DNA from: an uncultured Clostridiaceae bacterium
Lineage (GTDB): Bacteria; Bacillota; Clostridia; Monoglobales; Firm-18
Length of the DNA: 51,173 nucleotides
Reading direction: 5' to 3'
Assembly (NCBI GenBank): GCA_964455565.1
Contig: CAYVWT010000003.1
Location: 1 to 51,173, forward strand
In this document: positions 16,401 to 24,480 of the stretch, piece after piece
Layout: each line of letters starts with the position of its first letter
Numbering within the stretch: position 1 is the stretch's first letter
Position numbers and translations under genes: made by a program
Notes under the pieces: generated by a model
Seen by the model: the letters and a program-made list of their open reading frames with translations, nothing else
Database searches by the model: none
Told to the model about the DNA's origin: nothing

Positions 16401-18470
16401 CTAATTTAGAGGCACAGCAGTTAAAAACACCTTATTATCGTCTTCGTTTTTATTTAATGAATTATCCACAGCTCGAATTACGAAATAATATGTTTGACCA
16501 GAGGTTAAATTGTCTATTTCAAATTGATATGGGAATATATTTGTTGACACGCCATTTTCATAGCTATTCCCCAAATTAGGTATCAAAACCCTCTTTGTAG
16601 CATTCGTAAGCTTAGGGTCATTTTGAAAATCAAATGACTTAGTTTGATAATAAGCAACATACTTCACATTGTTTTTATCCAGAGCAACGTCCCACCTTAG
16701 CATTACACTTTTACTTTGTGGAACTGCTTGTTGCACACCAATTCTGGGAGTTGGGGCATCTGGTGGCCAGGTTTGGCTACCGTTATAGGTGCTGCTCCAT
16801 AATGGTGGCGTATTATCTGATAAATTCGAGCTTAGCATCACAAAATCGTTAACTGCTGTAAGCTGTGCATCCGTAAAATAATGATTAAACCCTGCTATTT
16901 CCTGTGTCTGTTTAATATCCTCTAAAAATGTTGGCAATGCCACATTCGATTTAAAATAAAGCGTATCTAATGGCTTTTTATCACCAGCTGCATAGCCTAA
17001 AGACAGCACCTTAAAGCCATCTGGTCGGTTTGCCTCTGCCATTAGCTTTGGCATATAGATATATTTATTATCACGATAAAAAGCATCGTTATATTCCTCA
17101 TTAGCATTTGAATCAAGCCTATAGCTTTCAAACATCAAAAAATCAATATTTTTTCTTGTGCAAAATTTATACTGCGGAAGCCTTGAATCAAAAAAGAACA
17201 GCCCTCTATTTTGCAAAATATATTTGCCTTTGTGTGCGGTTCTTAACCTGCCAATAAATTCCGAAAAGCCAGGCGATGTCCACTCGAATTCTGATTGATT
17301 AAAACTATTACTATCGGTATATGAATTTGGGGCACAGGTATCAATCGTATCTAAAAACACTCCGTCACAGCCAAGCCCACGCCCATAGTCATCACTTAAT
17401 ATCTCCTTAATGCCCGGTATACCGTCTTTACTATCAATTGTCATAGTACTAACTACATCAAACCAAGCTGGGTCGCCAGCATTTACAAAAGCACCTTTGA
17501 AATACTTGTTTTTATCAGGTATGCCATCAAAATTATTATCGTCTAAATAGTATGAAGCAAATCCTCCTCCACCAGAAGAAGCCCTGCCTTTTGGGTCGAT
17601 ATTTAAAAGCGAGCCGCCACCGTTAGGCTGTGGACCTCGTGGGTCTACCCTTGGCCCTGTTCCATCCCCTTTAAACCTTGAATCTGTTGCAAATTCTTGG
17701 TCTGTTAGGCTACACGTTCTTAAATCCTCTCCAATAGAAATATAGCCTAAAACTATTACATCATCATTAGTGTCGTTAGGGTTAACCCCCTTTCGAATTT
17801 CCTGTACCTGCTCCCTTGTTAAATCTCCCATAAGTGGGTGTAATATAACTAAATCATAGGTTTTGGCTGTTTTAATTTTATTTGAATCTAATTTACCGTA
17901 ATAAACCATATAATTAAGCCTGCCTATGTTATCCTTAAACGAGGCATTAAGCTCATTTAAAAACTGTCTATCAGGGGATAAATTCGCATTATCAGTTAAA
18001 ATAATGATTTCATTATCGAAAAAAACCATTTTATTTAGAACATCCTCTGAAAGGCGCCTTAGTGGTATATAAATTCTGTCATTTATCATTTGGGCAGGAA
18101 CGTCTAAAGTTACCAAGCTATTATTAACATACATTTGGTTACTATTTAATATTATTTTTGCGACACTATTATTATATGTTATAGTGGCAGAATTTGTATC
18201 TGAATTCCATTCAACCTTAGCTCCAAAGCTCTCGGAAATAAACCTTATTGGGAGCAAGGTTCTATCATTTTTAACAATTGGCACAACAAAATGGTTAGAA
18301 GCATCAATGTTTACCTCTTCAAGGTTAACAAATGCCTTCGGGCTGCCAATTTTAAGCGCAATACTATCTTTTATAGTATTCCAGCCAGCATCATTTGCGT
18401 AAATTGTACCATTAGAAATTGCAAAAACAGCAATTAAAACAATTAAACTTTTCAAAATAAATTTTATCAA
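16401..18470 (-). CDS. Secreted glycoside hydrolase-like protein: copper-amine-oxidase-N-like stalk domain, GH114/PelA-hydrolase-like TIM-barrel, and a C-terminal FN3-like domain
   Basis: Signal peptide MIKFILKSLIVLIAVFAISNGTIYA. Stalk domain: DRTLLPIRFISESFGAKVEWNSDTNSATI…DRIYIPLRRLSE. Central region: YDLVILHP…VIVLGYISIGEDL … GLGCDGVFLDTIDT, resembling the endo-alpha-1,4-polygalactosaminidase (GH114) and TM1410-like families. The C-terminus (VMLRWDVALDKNNVKYVAYYQ…QTYYFVIRAVD) is FN3-like. Confidence 0.55.
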   Translation of the reverse strand: MIKFILKSLIVLIAVFAISNGTIYANDAGWNTIKDSIALKIGSPKAFVNLEEVNIDASNHFVVPIVKNDRTLLPIRFISESFGAKVEWNSDTNSATITYNNSVAKIILNSNQMYVNNSLVTLDVPAQMINDRIYIPLRRLSEDVLNKMVFFDNEIIILTDNANLSPDRQFLNELNASFKDNIGRLNYMVYYGKLDSNKIKTAKTYDLVILHPLMGDLTREQVQEIRKGVNPNDTNDDVIVLGYISIGEDLRTCSLTDQEFATDSRFKGDGTGPRVDPRGPQPNGGGSLLNIDPKGRASSGGGGFASYYLDDNNFDGIPDKNKYFKGAFVNAGDPAWFDVVSTMTIDSKDGIPGIKEILSDDYGRGLGCDGVFLDTIDTCAPNSYTDSNSFNQSEFEWTSPGFSEFIGRLRTAHKGKYILQNRGLFFFDSRLPQYKFCTRKNIDFLMFESYRLDSNANEEYNDAFYRDNKYIYMPKLMAEANRPDGFKVLSLGYAAGDKKPLDTLYFKSNVALPTFLEDIKQTQEIAGFNHYFTDAQLTAVNDFVMLSSNLSDNTPPLWSSTYNGSQTWPPDAPTPRIGVQQAVPQSKSVMLRWDVALDKNNVKYVAYYQTKSFDFQNDPKLTNATKRVLIPNLGNSYENGVSTNIFPYQFEIDNLTSGQTYYFVIRAVDNSLNKNEDDNKVFLTAVPLN

Positions 18471-18528
18471 CGAATTTCACCTCATTAGATATGCATATTT
18501 CTAATTTTAACAGTTATTAATAACAAAT

Positions 18529-18559
18529 GCAAGCTAAACGAAAGTTATGTTTAGCTTGC
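18529..18559 (-). terminator. Intrinsic terminator downstream of the SLH-lectin gene
   Basis: Perfect 11-bp stem gcaagctaaac / gtttagcttgc with a 9-nt loop. It is followed on the minus strand by ATTTGTTATT. Confidence 0.7.
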
Positions 18560-18574
18560 ATTATTTTACAGCAT

Positions 18575-21145
18575 TTAGTTATAATCTATTTCATTTCTTT
18601 TTAGCTTCTTTGTTGGGTCATTTTTATATTTACCAGCATCGTTTTCAGTAAAGCCAAAGGAAGCTCTCATTGCATCATCATACGCCCAATGTGAATCAGA
18701 TAAATCAGGGTATGGATTTGTTATATCGCCAATATCATAGGTACTATCTCTGCCTATTAAACGGTTTATCATAACAACATATTCAGCACGGGTTAATTGC
18801 TCATCCGGTCTTATTGTGTTATCACTATAACCCTTTAATAGTCCAACATCATAAAGCGCCTTAACATAAGTATAATACTTATTGCTTTCAGTCAAATCTT
18901 TAAAGCTTATAGCATTAGTATCGTCTGGCTGTAAACCCATTGCAAATGCAATAAGCTTGCTTGCCTCGCCCCTTGTAATTGGTGCAGTAGGCTTAATGTT
19001 ATCTGTCTTTGCAAATGCGCCGATAAATTTCATATATTCTATTGCATTAAATGACCATCTGCCTTTTTCCAAATCGCCATAGCTTGAACTTGAAGGAGGG
19101 TTAAACCTGCCTGTTTGTCCATCTTGTTTTAATAAACGGTATAAAAGCGCTGCAGCTTCTTCCCTTTTTACACTATCTTCAAGACCAGCTACGCCCTGTT
19201 CATATCCATAAAGATATGCATAGCTATAATTGATATAAACTCTTTTTGCAGGTGCAGGTGTTGGTGTTGGTGTTGGTGTTGGTGTTGGTGTTGGTGTTGG
19301 TGTTGGCGTTGGTGTTGGTGTTGGTGTTGGAATAGTTGCTGGCATTGTAACAGTAACTGTGCTCGTTACATTTCCTCCCATACCGTCAGACACTGTAACA
19401 GTAAAGCTGTCAACACCTACAGCATTTAATTTTGGTGTGTACACCCAAGCCCCTGTTGTTGTATTTTCAGAAGCATCACCTTTTGTTGCCACTGTACCTA
19501 CAATATATGTAAGTGGGTCTTTATCTGCATCTGTCGCAACTATTGCACCAGAAACCGGGGTGTTTGAAGCTGTGTTCACGCTTATGTTTGAAGTAACAGG
19601 AATATGGTTTGCTTTAATATTAAAACTCATACTTGCTGTTTCAGAATATGCTATTCCATCGCTTGTTGCCTGCCATTTTAGTGGTGAGCTACCTACAAAA
19701 GAAGAAGATGCTACAAAAGTTAACACATTAAAGCTACTTGCTGATATTATATCTCCAACCTTTACAGCAGTTCCATTATTTTTAAATATTCCAGCGCTTG
19801 ATAATGGCAAAGCTATAACCTTTATTTTAGCGACATTACTTGAATAGCTATCGACAAATTCTTTACCTGTAAACTGGTATGTGGTATTTTGTCTTGTGTT
19901 AATTGTGCTATCTATTATTTTAGCTGTAATACCAGATTTTCCAAAATTACTAATAGAAACCGTTCCATTATTACCACCCTTTGAAGCGTCAATCGCTCCA
20001 TTAACCACTAATGTACCGGTTGGAACCTTGCTACCATCTAAAAATGCAGTTGCAGTACCTTTTTCATCTGTAACAACATTAGTTGGAGTTGTAAATTCCG
20101 CATCAGGACCGGATAAAACAGATAATGTCAAAGGTATTCCTGCTGCCACAGTTCCGTCTGAATTTTTAACTGTTGCAGTAATAAGGCTTGTTTGTGCATT
20201 AGAAGAAGGTGTTGCTGTTAATTCAATTTTTGGTGACTCTATATATTTATTATTAACAGGGTCTATTGAAGTAGTTACATAGTCATTATTAAAATACCAT
20301 GATTTTATATACTCCTTCGAGTATGCTCCACCTGTTGCACCAGTAAAGCCTGCAAACACTTTATCTGTTATAAGTGTGGTTGAAGAAGAAAGGTTTATAC
20401 TCTGAGTTAATATTGCTTTTTCAGGGCGAACTGTTGAATCTGCGCTGACTCTTACGCTTAAAATTTTAGTTATACCATCATAGTCTATCCATGCAGTATA
20501 TGTTTTTTCCTTACCACTCTTAGGAGCAGAGTTTCCATTGCTTGTTCCGTTACCAAAGTTAAATGTGCCAGCTGGTACACCATACAGCTTTTCGATGTCA
20601 ACTTCCTTGATTTTGGCTATAGGGTGCATGGTATCACCATTAATGTTGATTGCTACGTGATTTTGAGACAAGCCAGAATCTCCATATTCGGAGGAGTTAT
20701 CCCATGTATCAAATTCAACGCCAAGGCTGTTAGTAACTCCTGAATAACCCATTCCGCCACCTAATGCCCCAAGATTATTTGTGTTAGTATTTATAACGAA
20801 TACAATACCATCGGCACCACTCGGTCCAATACCCCCTGGGTTTGTTATATTAAATGTAAACATTGTACTAAAAGACCTATCATTGGCAAGTGAAACATAG
20901 TTTCCACAATAAAAGCTACCACTTTGATTGGTCAGTGCATCGGTCAATCTAATATCTTGTGTTGAGCCTTGTTTTACAGCCGTTGCAGTTCCATTTAGTT
21001 TAATTCGAGCAGTATTTGAAAAGTCTGGATATATAAATGTAATTGCTGAGTTTTTTGCCGCACTAACATTTATTCCTAATTGAAAAGTTAAAACAGCCAT
21101 AATTGTTAAAAAAGATATTACCCTCGAAAATATTGCTTTGCTCAT
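18575..21145 (-). CDS. S-layer-homology-anchored surface protein with an N-terminal legume-lectin-like domain, Ig-like and cadherin-like domains, a (PT)n linker and 3 SLH repeats
   Basis: Signal peptide MSKAIFSRVISFLTIMAVLTFQLGINVSA. Lectin_legB-like blocks: IKLNGTA…LTDALTNQSGSFY…FSTMFTFNI…GADGIVFVI…GGGMGYSG…LGVEFDTWDN…NHVAININGD. Cadherin/VCBS-like block: AIVATDADKDPLTYIV…DSFTVTVSDGMGG. A (PT)12 linker follows. C-terminal SLH motifs: SFKDLTESNKYYTYVKALYDVGLLKGYSDNTIRPDEQLTRAEYVVMINRLI. Confidence 0.8.
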   Translation of the reverse strand: MSKAIFSRVISFLTIMAVLTFQLGINVSAAKNSAITFIYPDFSNTARIKLNGTATAVKQGSTQDIRLTDALTNQSGSFYCGNYVSLANDRSFSTMFTFNITNPGGIGPSGADGIVFVINTNTNNLGALGGGMGYSGVTNSLGVEFDTWDNSSEYGDSGLSQNHVAININGDTMHPIAKIKEVDIEKLYGVPAGTFNFGNGTSNGNSAPKSGKEKTYTAWIDYDGITKILSVRVSADSTVRPEKAILTQSINLSSSTTLITDKVFAGFTGATGGAYSKEYIKSWYFNNDYVTTSIDPVNNKYIESPKIELTATPSSNAQTSLITATVKNSDGTVAAGIPLTLSVLSGPDAEFTTPTNVVTDEKGTATAFLDGSKVPTGTLVVNGAIDASKGGNNGTVSISNFGKSGITAKIIDSTINTRQNTTYQFTGKEFVDSYSSNVAKIKVIALPLSSAGIFKNNGTAVKVGDIISASSFNVLTFVASSSFVGSSPLKWQATSDGIAYSETASMSFNIKANHIPVTSNISVNTASNTPVSGAIVATDADKDPLTYIVGTVATKGDASENTTTGAWVYTPKLNAVGVDSFTVTVSDGMGGNVTSTVTVTMPATIPTPTPTPTPTPTPTPTPTPTPTPTPAPAKRVYINYSYAYLYGYEQGVAGLEDSVKREEAAALLYRLLKQDGQTGRFNPPSSSSYGDLEKGRWSFNAIEYMKFIGAFAKTDNIKPTAPITRGEASKLIAFAMGLQPDDTNAISFKDLTESNKYYTYVKALYDVGLLKGYSDNTIRPDEQLTRAEYVVMINRLIGRDSTYDIGDITNPYPDLSDSHWAYDDAMRASFGFTENDAGKYKNDPTKKLKRNEIDYN
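19251..19330. repeat. In-frame hexanucleotide tandem repeat (ggtgtt)n encoding the (PT)n linker
   Basis: ggtgcaggtg ttggtgttgg tgttggtgtt … read directly. There are about 12 units with one ggcgtt variant. Confidence 0.95.
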
Positions 21146-21237
21146 AATTTTTTCTCCTCTTATATAATTTTATTTTTTATTGTTAAATTTACATATATAT
21201 TAACAAGGTAGCCCTTGAAATAATTTATTTAGAGTAC

Positions 21238-21301
21238 AAAAAAAGCCGTATATAAACCGAATATGAAGATTTCTCTACATAATATTGGAATAATAAACGG
21301 C
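21238..21301 (-). terminator. Intrinsic terminator/attenuator inside the 5' leader of the lectin gene
   Basis: Minus-strand RNA GCCGUUUAUUAUUCCAAUAU…AUAUUCGGUUUAUAUACGGC forms a long imperfect hairpin with a 4 G-C pair base. It is followed by UUUUUUU (A-run at 21238-21244 on the plus strand). It lies about 90 nt upstream of the RBS and ATG at 21145. Confidence 0.65.
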
Positions 21302-21393
21302 AGCTGGCTGTCATATCCTAAACGAATTATGGACTTAGACCCTATAGCTTTGTGCAATTGCCTTTCAGCAATTATACTTTTTACGATTGTTAT
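21290..21393 (-). promoter_or_regulatory. GEMM-I (c-di-GMP-I)-like riboswitch aptamer candidate, possibly a variant
   Basis: Minus-strand RNA …AAAAAGUAU-AAUUGCU-GAAA-GGCAAUU-GCACAAAGCUAUAGGGUC-UAAG-UCC…GGA-UAU-GACAGCCAGCUGCCG. One hairpin is capped by a GAAA tetraloop (21356-21373). The adjacent hairpin (21306-21342) carries a near-canonical 11-nt tetraloop receptor: UCUAAG/UAUGA versus canonical CCUAAG/UAUGG, with a compensated C-G to U-A pair. The CAAAGC linker matches the ACGCAAAGC linker of GEMM-I. The 3' flank GCCGUUUAU is the 5' arm of the terminator. Confidence 0.55.
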
Positions 21394-21399
21394 AATGAC

Positions 21400-21428
21400 A
21401 TAATATAACAAAATTTTAAATATGTCAA
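21400..21428 (-). promoter_or_regulatory. Candidate sigma-A promoter of the lectin-gene leader
   Basis: On the minus strand: TTGACA (21428-21423), 17 nt spacer, TATTAT (21405-21400). Confidence 0.5.
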
Positions 21429-21445
21429 CAAAAATTTTACTTTTT

Positions 21446-22510
21446 TTATATATTTTTTTCCAAATATGCTTTTAGTGCATTTATATGCCCCTTTGCCCGT
21501 TCAAAAATAACGCTATCTACTTTGTAATTATTCTTTTTTTCAATTAGCAAGCTAACAAGCCTCGTCGCATCAATTGATTTTACATCAGAGAATAAAATTC
21601 TTTCCCCTGTGTAATTCAAATCATTCAAAGCATTATCCAGTTTTTTTGAATATATAATAGGGAAAAAAGGAATTCCCATACGCATAGCAAGTATAGCAGA
21701 ATGAAACCTAACTGCTATAATTGTGCTACACCTTGCCGTATTTTTTATAATATTATCACCATTATCTATATGTAAAATTATTTCTACCATTTCAGCATTT
21801 TTGCATAGAGACTGTATGGTATATGCAGCTACAACATCATTTTCATTTTCAATATCATAGGCGAAAAGCAAAACCTTTTTACCTGTTTTTTCTATATATT
21901 TATCAGCAATTTTAGCCATAGCAGTATAATAATCATAGTTCAAATGTGGCTTTGAATTATTTCTATAAGCAGAAATTCCAAGGCAACCTTCATCGTTTTT
22001 TACAAGCCACTCACTCGGCATAGAAAAAACAATGTCTGGAAAACAACTTGTTATAGTTTTTTTTGTATGGTTTTTAATATAATTATAAGAATACGTATCT
22101 CTTGTTGTGATTAGCCCAAAATAATTCATTTCCATTCTTGAAATAAGCTCTGCAAATTTATTTAAAAACGGTCCAACATTACAACCAATTGTGATTAGCC
22201 TTTTGCATTTACTATGCTCCTTTTTATATTTCAACACTGTTTTTATTGCATAGTACATTCCAATTTTGCTTGTAATCATAAAGCCAGAGCCTATAACCCT
22301 AACCATTGCATCAAAATTTGTTACCCCACTTTCTGCAATGCTATAAATATTATCAATGTCTTTAAAAGGTATTAGGAGTTCATTTTTATTAGTTTTTAGG
22401 TATAGCCTATGCTCGTTTAGCTCAAGCGCCAATATTCTTAGCATAATGTCATCGCCAAAATTTCTATCCAAATAACAATCAACTAAAATATTAATAAAAG
22501 TCACCTCCAC
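21446..22510 (-). CDS. Polysaccharide pyruvyl transferase family protein (CsaB/WcaK-like)
   Basis: Motifs DRNFGDDIML, ITTRDTYSYNYI and AVRFHSAILAMRMGIPFFPIIYSKK are typical of PS_pyruv_trans. The start codon is uncertain because the GTG at 22510 lies within a GGAGGTG string. Confidence 0.65.
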   Translation of the reverse strand: MEVTFINILVDCYLDRNFGDDIMLRILALELNEHRLYLKTNKNELLIPFKDIDNIYSIAESGVTNFDAMVRVIGSGFMITSKIGMYYAIKTVLKYKKEHSKCKRLITIGCNVGPFLNKFAELISRMEMNYFGLITTRDTYSYNYIKNHTKKTITSCFPDIVFSMPSEWLVKNDEGCLGISAYRNNSKPHLNYDYYTAMAKIADKYIEKTGKKVLLFAYDIENENDVVAAYTIQSLCKNAEMVEIILHIDNGDNIIKNTARCSTIIAVRFHSAILAMRMGIPFFPIIYSKKLDNALNDLNYTGERILFSDVKSIDATRLVSLLIEKKNNYKVDSVIFERAKGHINALKAYLEKNI

Positions 22511-22548
22511 AAGAAATATATACTAATTATATGTTATAATAAAAAAAT

Positions 22549-22577
22549 TTGCAAATATTATTTATTTTTGGTATAAT
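22549..22577 (+). promoter_or_regulatory. Candidate sigma-A promoter for the GT2-GT2-galE-lipoprotein arm
   Basis: TTGCAA (22549-22554), 17 nt spacer, TATAAT (22572-22577), with an upstream TG (TGGTATAAT). It lies 37 nt before the ATG at 22614. Confidence 0.6.
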
Positions 22578-22613
22578 GTTGCAATAAATATACTATGGGA
22601 GTGGTTTTTTACA

Positions 22614-23621
22614 ATGCCAAAAATAAGTATAATAATTGCGACATATAACAATGGCAACACCTTAGTTAGGTGTTTAGATTCTATTTGTCGCCAAACCTTT
22701 AGTGATTTCGAAGTAATAGTTGTAAATGATGGCTCTAAAGATGATACTGCATCTATTTTAATTGATTATGCAGCAAAGGATAATAGAGTCAAATTTTTTA
22801 ACCAAACTCAAAATATTGGACAAGGTAGATCCAGAAACCTTGGGTTAGACGAAGCCAAAGGTGAATATGTTGGCTTTGTTGATTCCGACGATACCGCCCA
22901 GGAAAATATGTTCGAGGAGCTATACGAGGCTATTACAAAAAGTAATGCTTCTATTGCGCAGTGTAATATAAATATAGTTAATTTAGATGGCACAATGAAA
23001 ACTGCCAATTTTTTGCCTTTTGAAGATGACGTTGTCGATATTAAGCATGATATCGTAGATTATTTTGAACATTACCTTCAATATTCAAAGCAAAGCTATG
23101 AAATTTGCAACAAACTTATTAAAAGAGATTTTTTAATAGAAAATAAGGTTTATTTCCTTGATAATTCAAAAATTTATGCAGAGGATTTGCTTTTTAATTT
23201 AGACGTTGCGCTATATGCCGATCGAATAGTTTTTATAAATAAGTCGTTATATAATTATTACAACAACCCAAACGGGCATTCTAAACACATAGATTTGGGC
23301 AAGCTTGAAAAATTTTGCAATTTATTTGAGGAATTTGAAAAACACGCAAAGCAATTAAAACAATATCACTTAATAAAATATGGAATTGCTAAAAACGCTA
23401 TATTAATTATAATGTTTATTGCAACTCAAACCCTTTATATTAAAGGGGGCAAGAAAAAGGTAGAAGAAATATTAAAAAGAACTGATATGAGGAAATATCT
23501 TAGATATTCTCTAAAAGGTTCGCAAAAGCTTAAAAGCAAATTGCTAATTTGGTCACTTTTATACCTGCCATATAGCTTGAAATTCAAGCTAATGAAATGG
23601 CACTATTCTTGGAAACACTAA
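22614..23621 (+). CDS. Family 2 glycosyltransferase
   Basis: ISIIIATYNNGNTLVRCLDSICRQTFSDFEVIVVNDGSKDDT … GEYVGFVDSDD (GT-A fold with DxD). Confidence 0.85.
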   Translation: MPKISIIIATYNNGNTLVRCLDSICRQTFSDFEVIVVNDGSKDDTASILIDYAAKDNRVKFFNQTQNIGQGRSRNLGLDEAKGEYVGFVDSDDTAQENMFEELYEAITKSNASIAQCNINIVNLDGTMKTANFLPFEDDVVDIKHDIVDYFEHYLQYSKQSYEICNKLIKRDFLIENKVYFLDNSKIYAEDLLFNLDVALYADRIVFINKSLYNYYNNPNGHSKHIDLGKLEKFCNLFEEFEKHAKQLKQYHLIKYGIAKNAILIIMFIATQTLYIKGGKKKVEEILKRTDMRKYLRYSLKGSQKLKSKLLIWSLLYLPYSLKFKLMKWHYSWKH

Positions 23622-23646
23622 TTTTGTGAGAGGAGTCCGAGTAATT

Positions 23647-24477
23647 ATGGAAAATGTTTTAGTTAGCGTGATAGTCCCTATTTATAAGGCTGAAAAATGC
23701 CTGCGAAAGTGTGTAGATTCTATTATAAATCAGTCGCAAAAAAATATTGAAATTTTGCTTATCAACGATGGCTCGCCAGATAATTCTGGCGCTATTATTG
23801 ACGAATATGCAAAAAACGATGATAGGATTAAGGTTATACATAAGAAAAATGGTGGAGTTGCCTCTGCAAGAAATGCAGGGCTAAAGGTTGCCACTGGGCG
23901 TTATATTACATTTGTGGATTCTGATGATTGGGTTGATTTAGATTTTATTGAGTCACTCCTAAACACAAAGAAAGATGCAGATATTATCCGCTCTAAATTC
24001 TACTATGAATATGGAAGTGGCGAATTCAAAATTGAAGATAATAATTTTGAGGATGGTCTTTTTATTACACAAAAGGATTTCAAACACCATATTTACAGCA
24101 AAATGATTGCTGGAATAAGTTTTAATGCAATATGGCGAACGTTGTACAAAAAGGAAATTCTTAAAGATTTACTGTTTAATGAAAATTTAGAAACAGCAGA
24201 GGATTTAATTTTTTCTATGGAAGCATATACTAATGCGAAAACATTTTTATATGTGGCATTGCCACTTTATCATTATTTCCAAAGCCCACAGGGGTTAACT
24301 GGCAGTGGGTTGCCTGTTTCAACAAAATTCAAATGTAATTTTTTTGTTAGCAAGGCTTTAATTCAACATTTGCCAATTTGGGGAATGAATACTCTTAAAA
24401 ATAAACTTTTATGCTATAAAAGGCTGTTAAATATTATTGTTTCAAAAATCATTAGAATAAACGAAAAGGACGTGTAA
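23647..24477 (+). CDS. Family 2 glycosyltransferase
   Basis: The ATG at 23647 lies 11 nt after AGGAG, and the track GTG at 23626 precedes the RBS. VSVIVPIYKAEKCLRKCVDSIINQ…ILLINDGSPDNS … GRYITFVDSDD. Confidence 0.85.
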   Translation: MENVLVSVIVPIYKAEKCLRKCVDSIINQSQKNIEILLINDGSPDNSGAIIDEYAKNDDRIKVIHKKNGGVASARNAGLKVATGRYITFVDSDDWVDLDFIESLLNTKKDADIIRSKFYYEYGSGEFKIEDNNFEDGLFITQKDFKHHIYSKMIAGISFNAIWRTLYKKEILKDLLFNENLETAEDLIFSMEAYTNAKTFLYVALPLYHYFQSPQGLTGSGLPVSTKFKCNFFVSKALIQHLPIWGMNTLKNKLLCYKRLLNIIVSKIIRINEKDV

Positions 24478-24480
24478 ATT

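Noticed and set aside
16277-16579. 100-aa plus-strand ORF between the LytTR gene and the hydrolase gene
   Set aside because: It starts in the promoter region of the LytTR gene and runs antisense into the 3' end of the hydrolase gene. There is no RBS and no recognisable motif.
19251-19330. Regular short repeats considered as a CRISPR array
   Set aside because: The units are 6 nt long, contiguous, without spacers, and in frame within a coding sequence. This is a microsatellite encoding a PT linker.
19359-20282. 162-aa and 133-aa plus-strand ORFs inside the lectin/SLH gene
   Set aside because: They are antisense to a long ORF with a signal peptide and lectin and SLH motifs. Long open frames here are a by-product of the biased T/S/G/A-rich coding sequence.
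21229-21411. 60-aa minus-strand ORF in the lectin-gene leader
   Set aside because: It has no RBS. It spans the predicted aptamer hairpins and the terminator. The region is better explained as structured 5' UTR.
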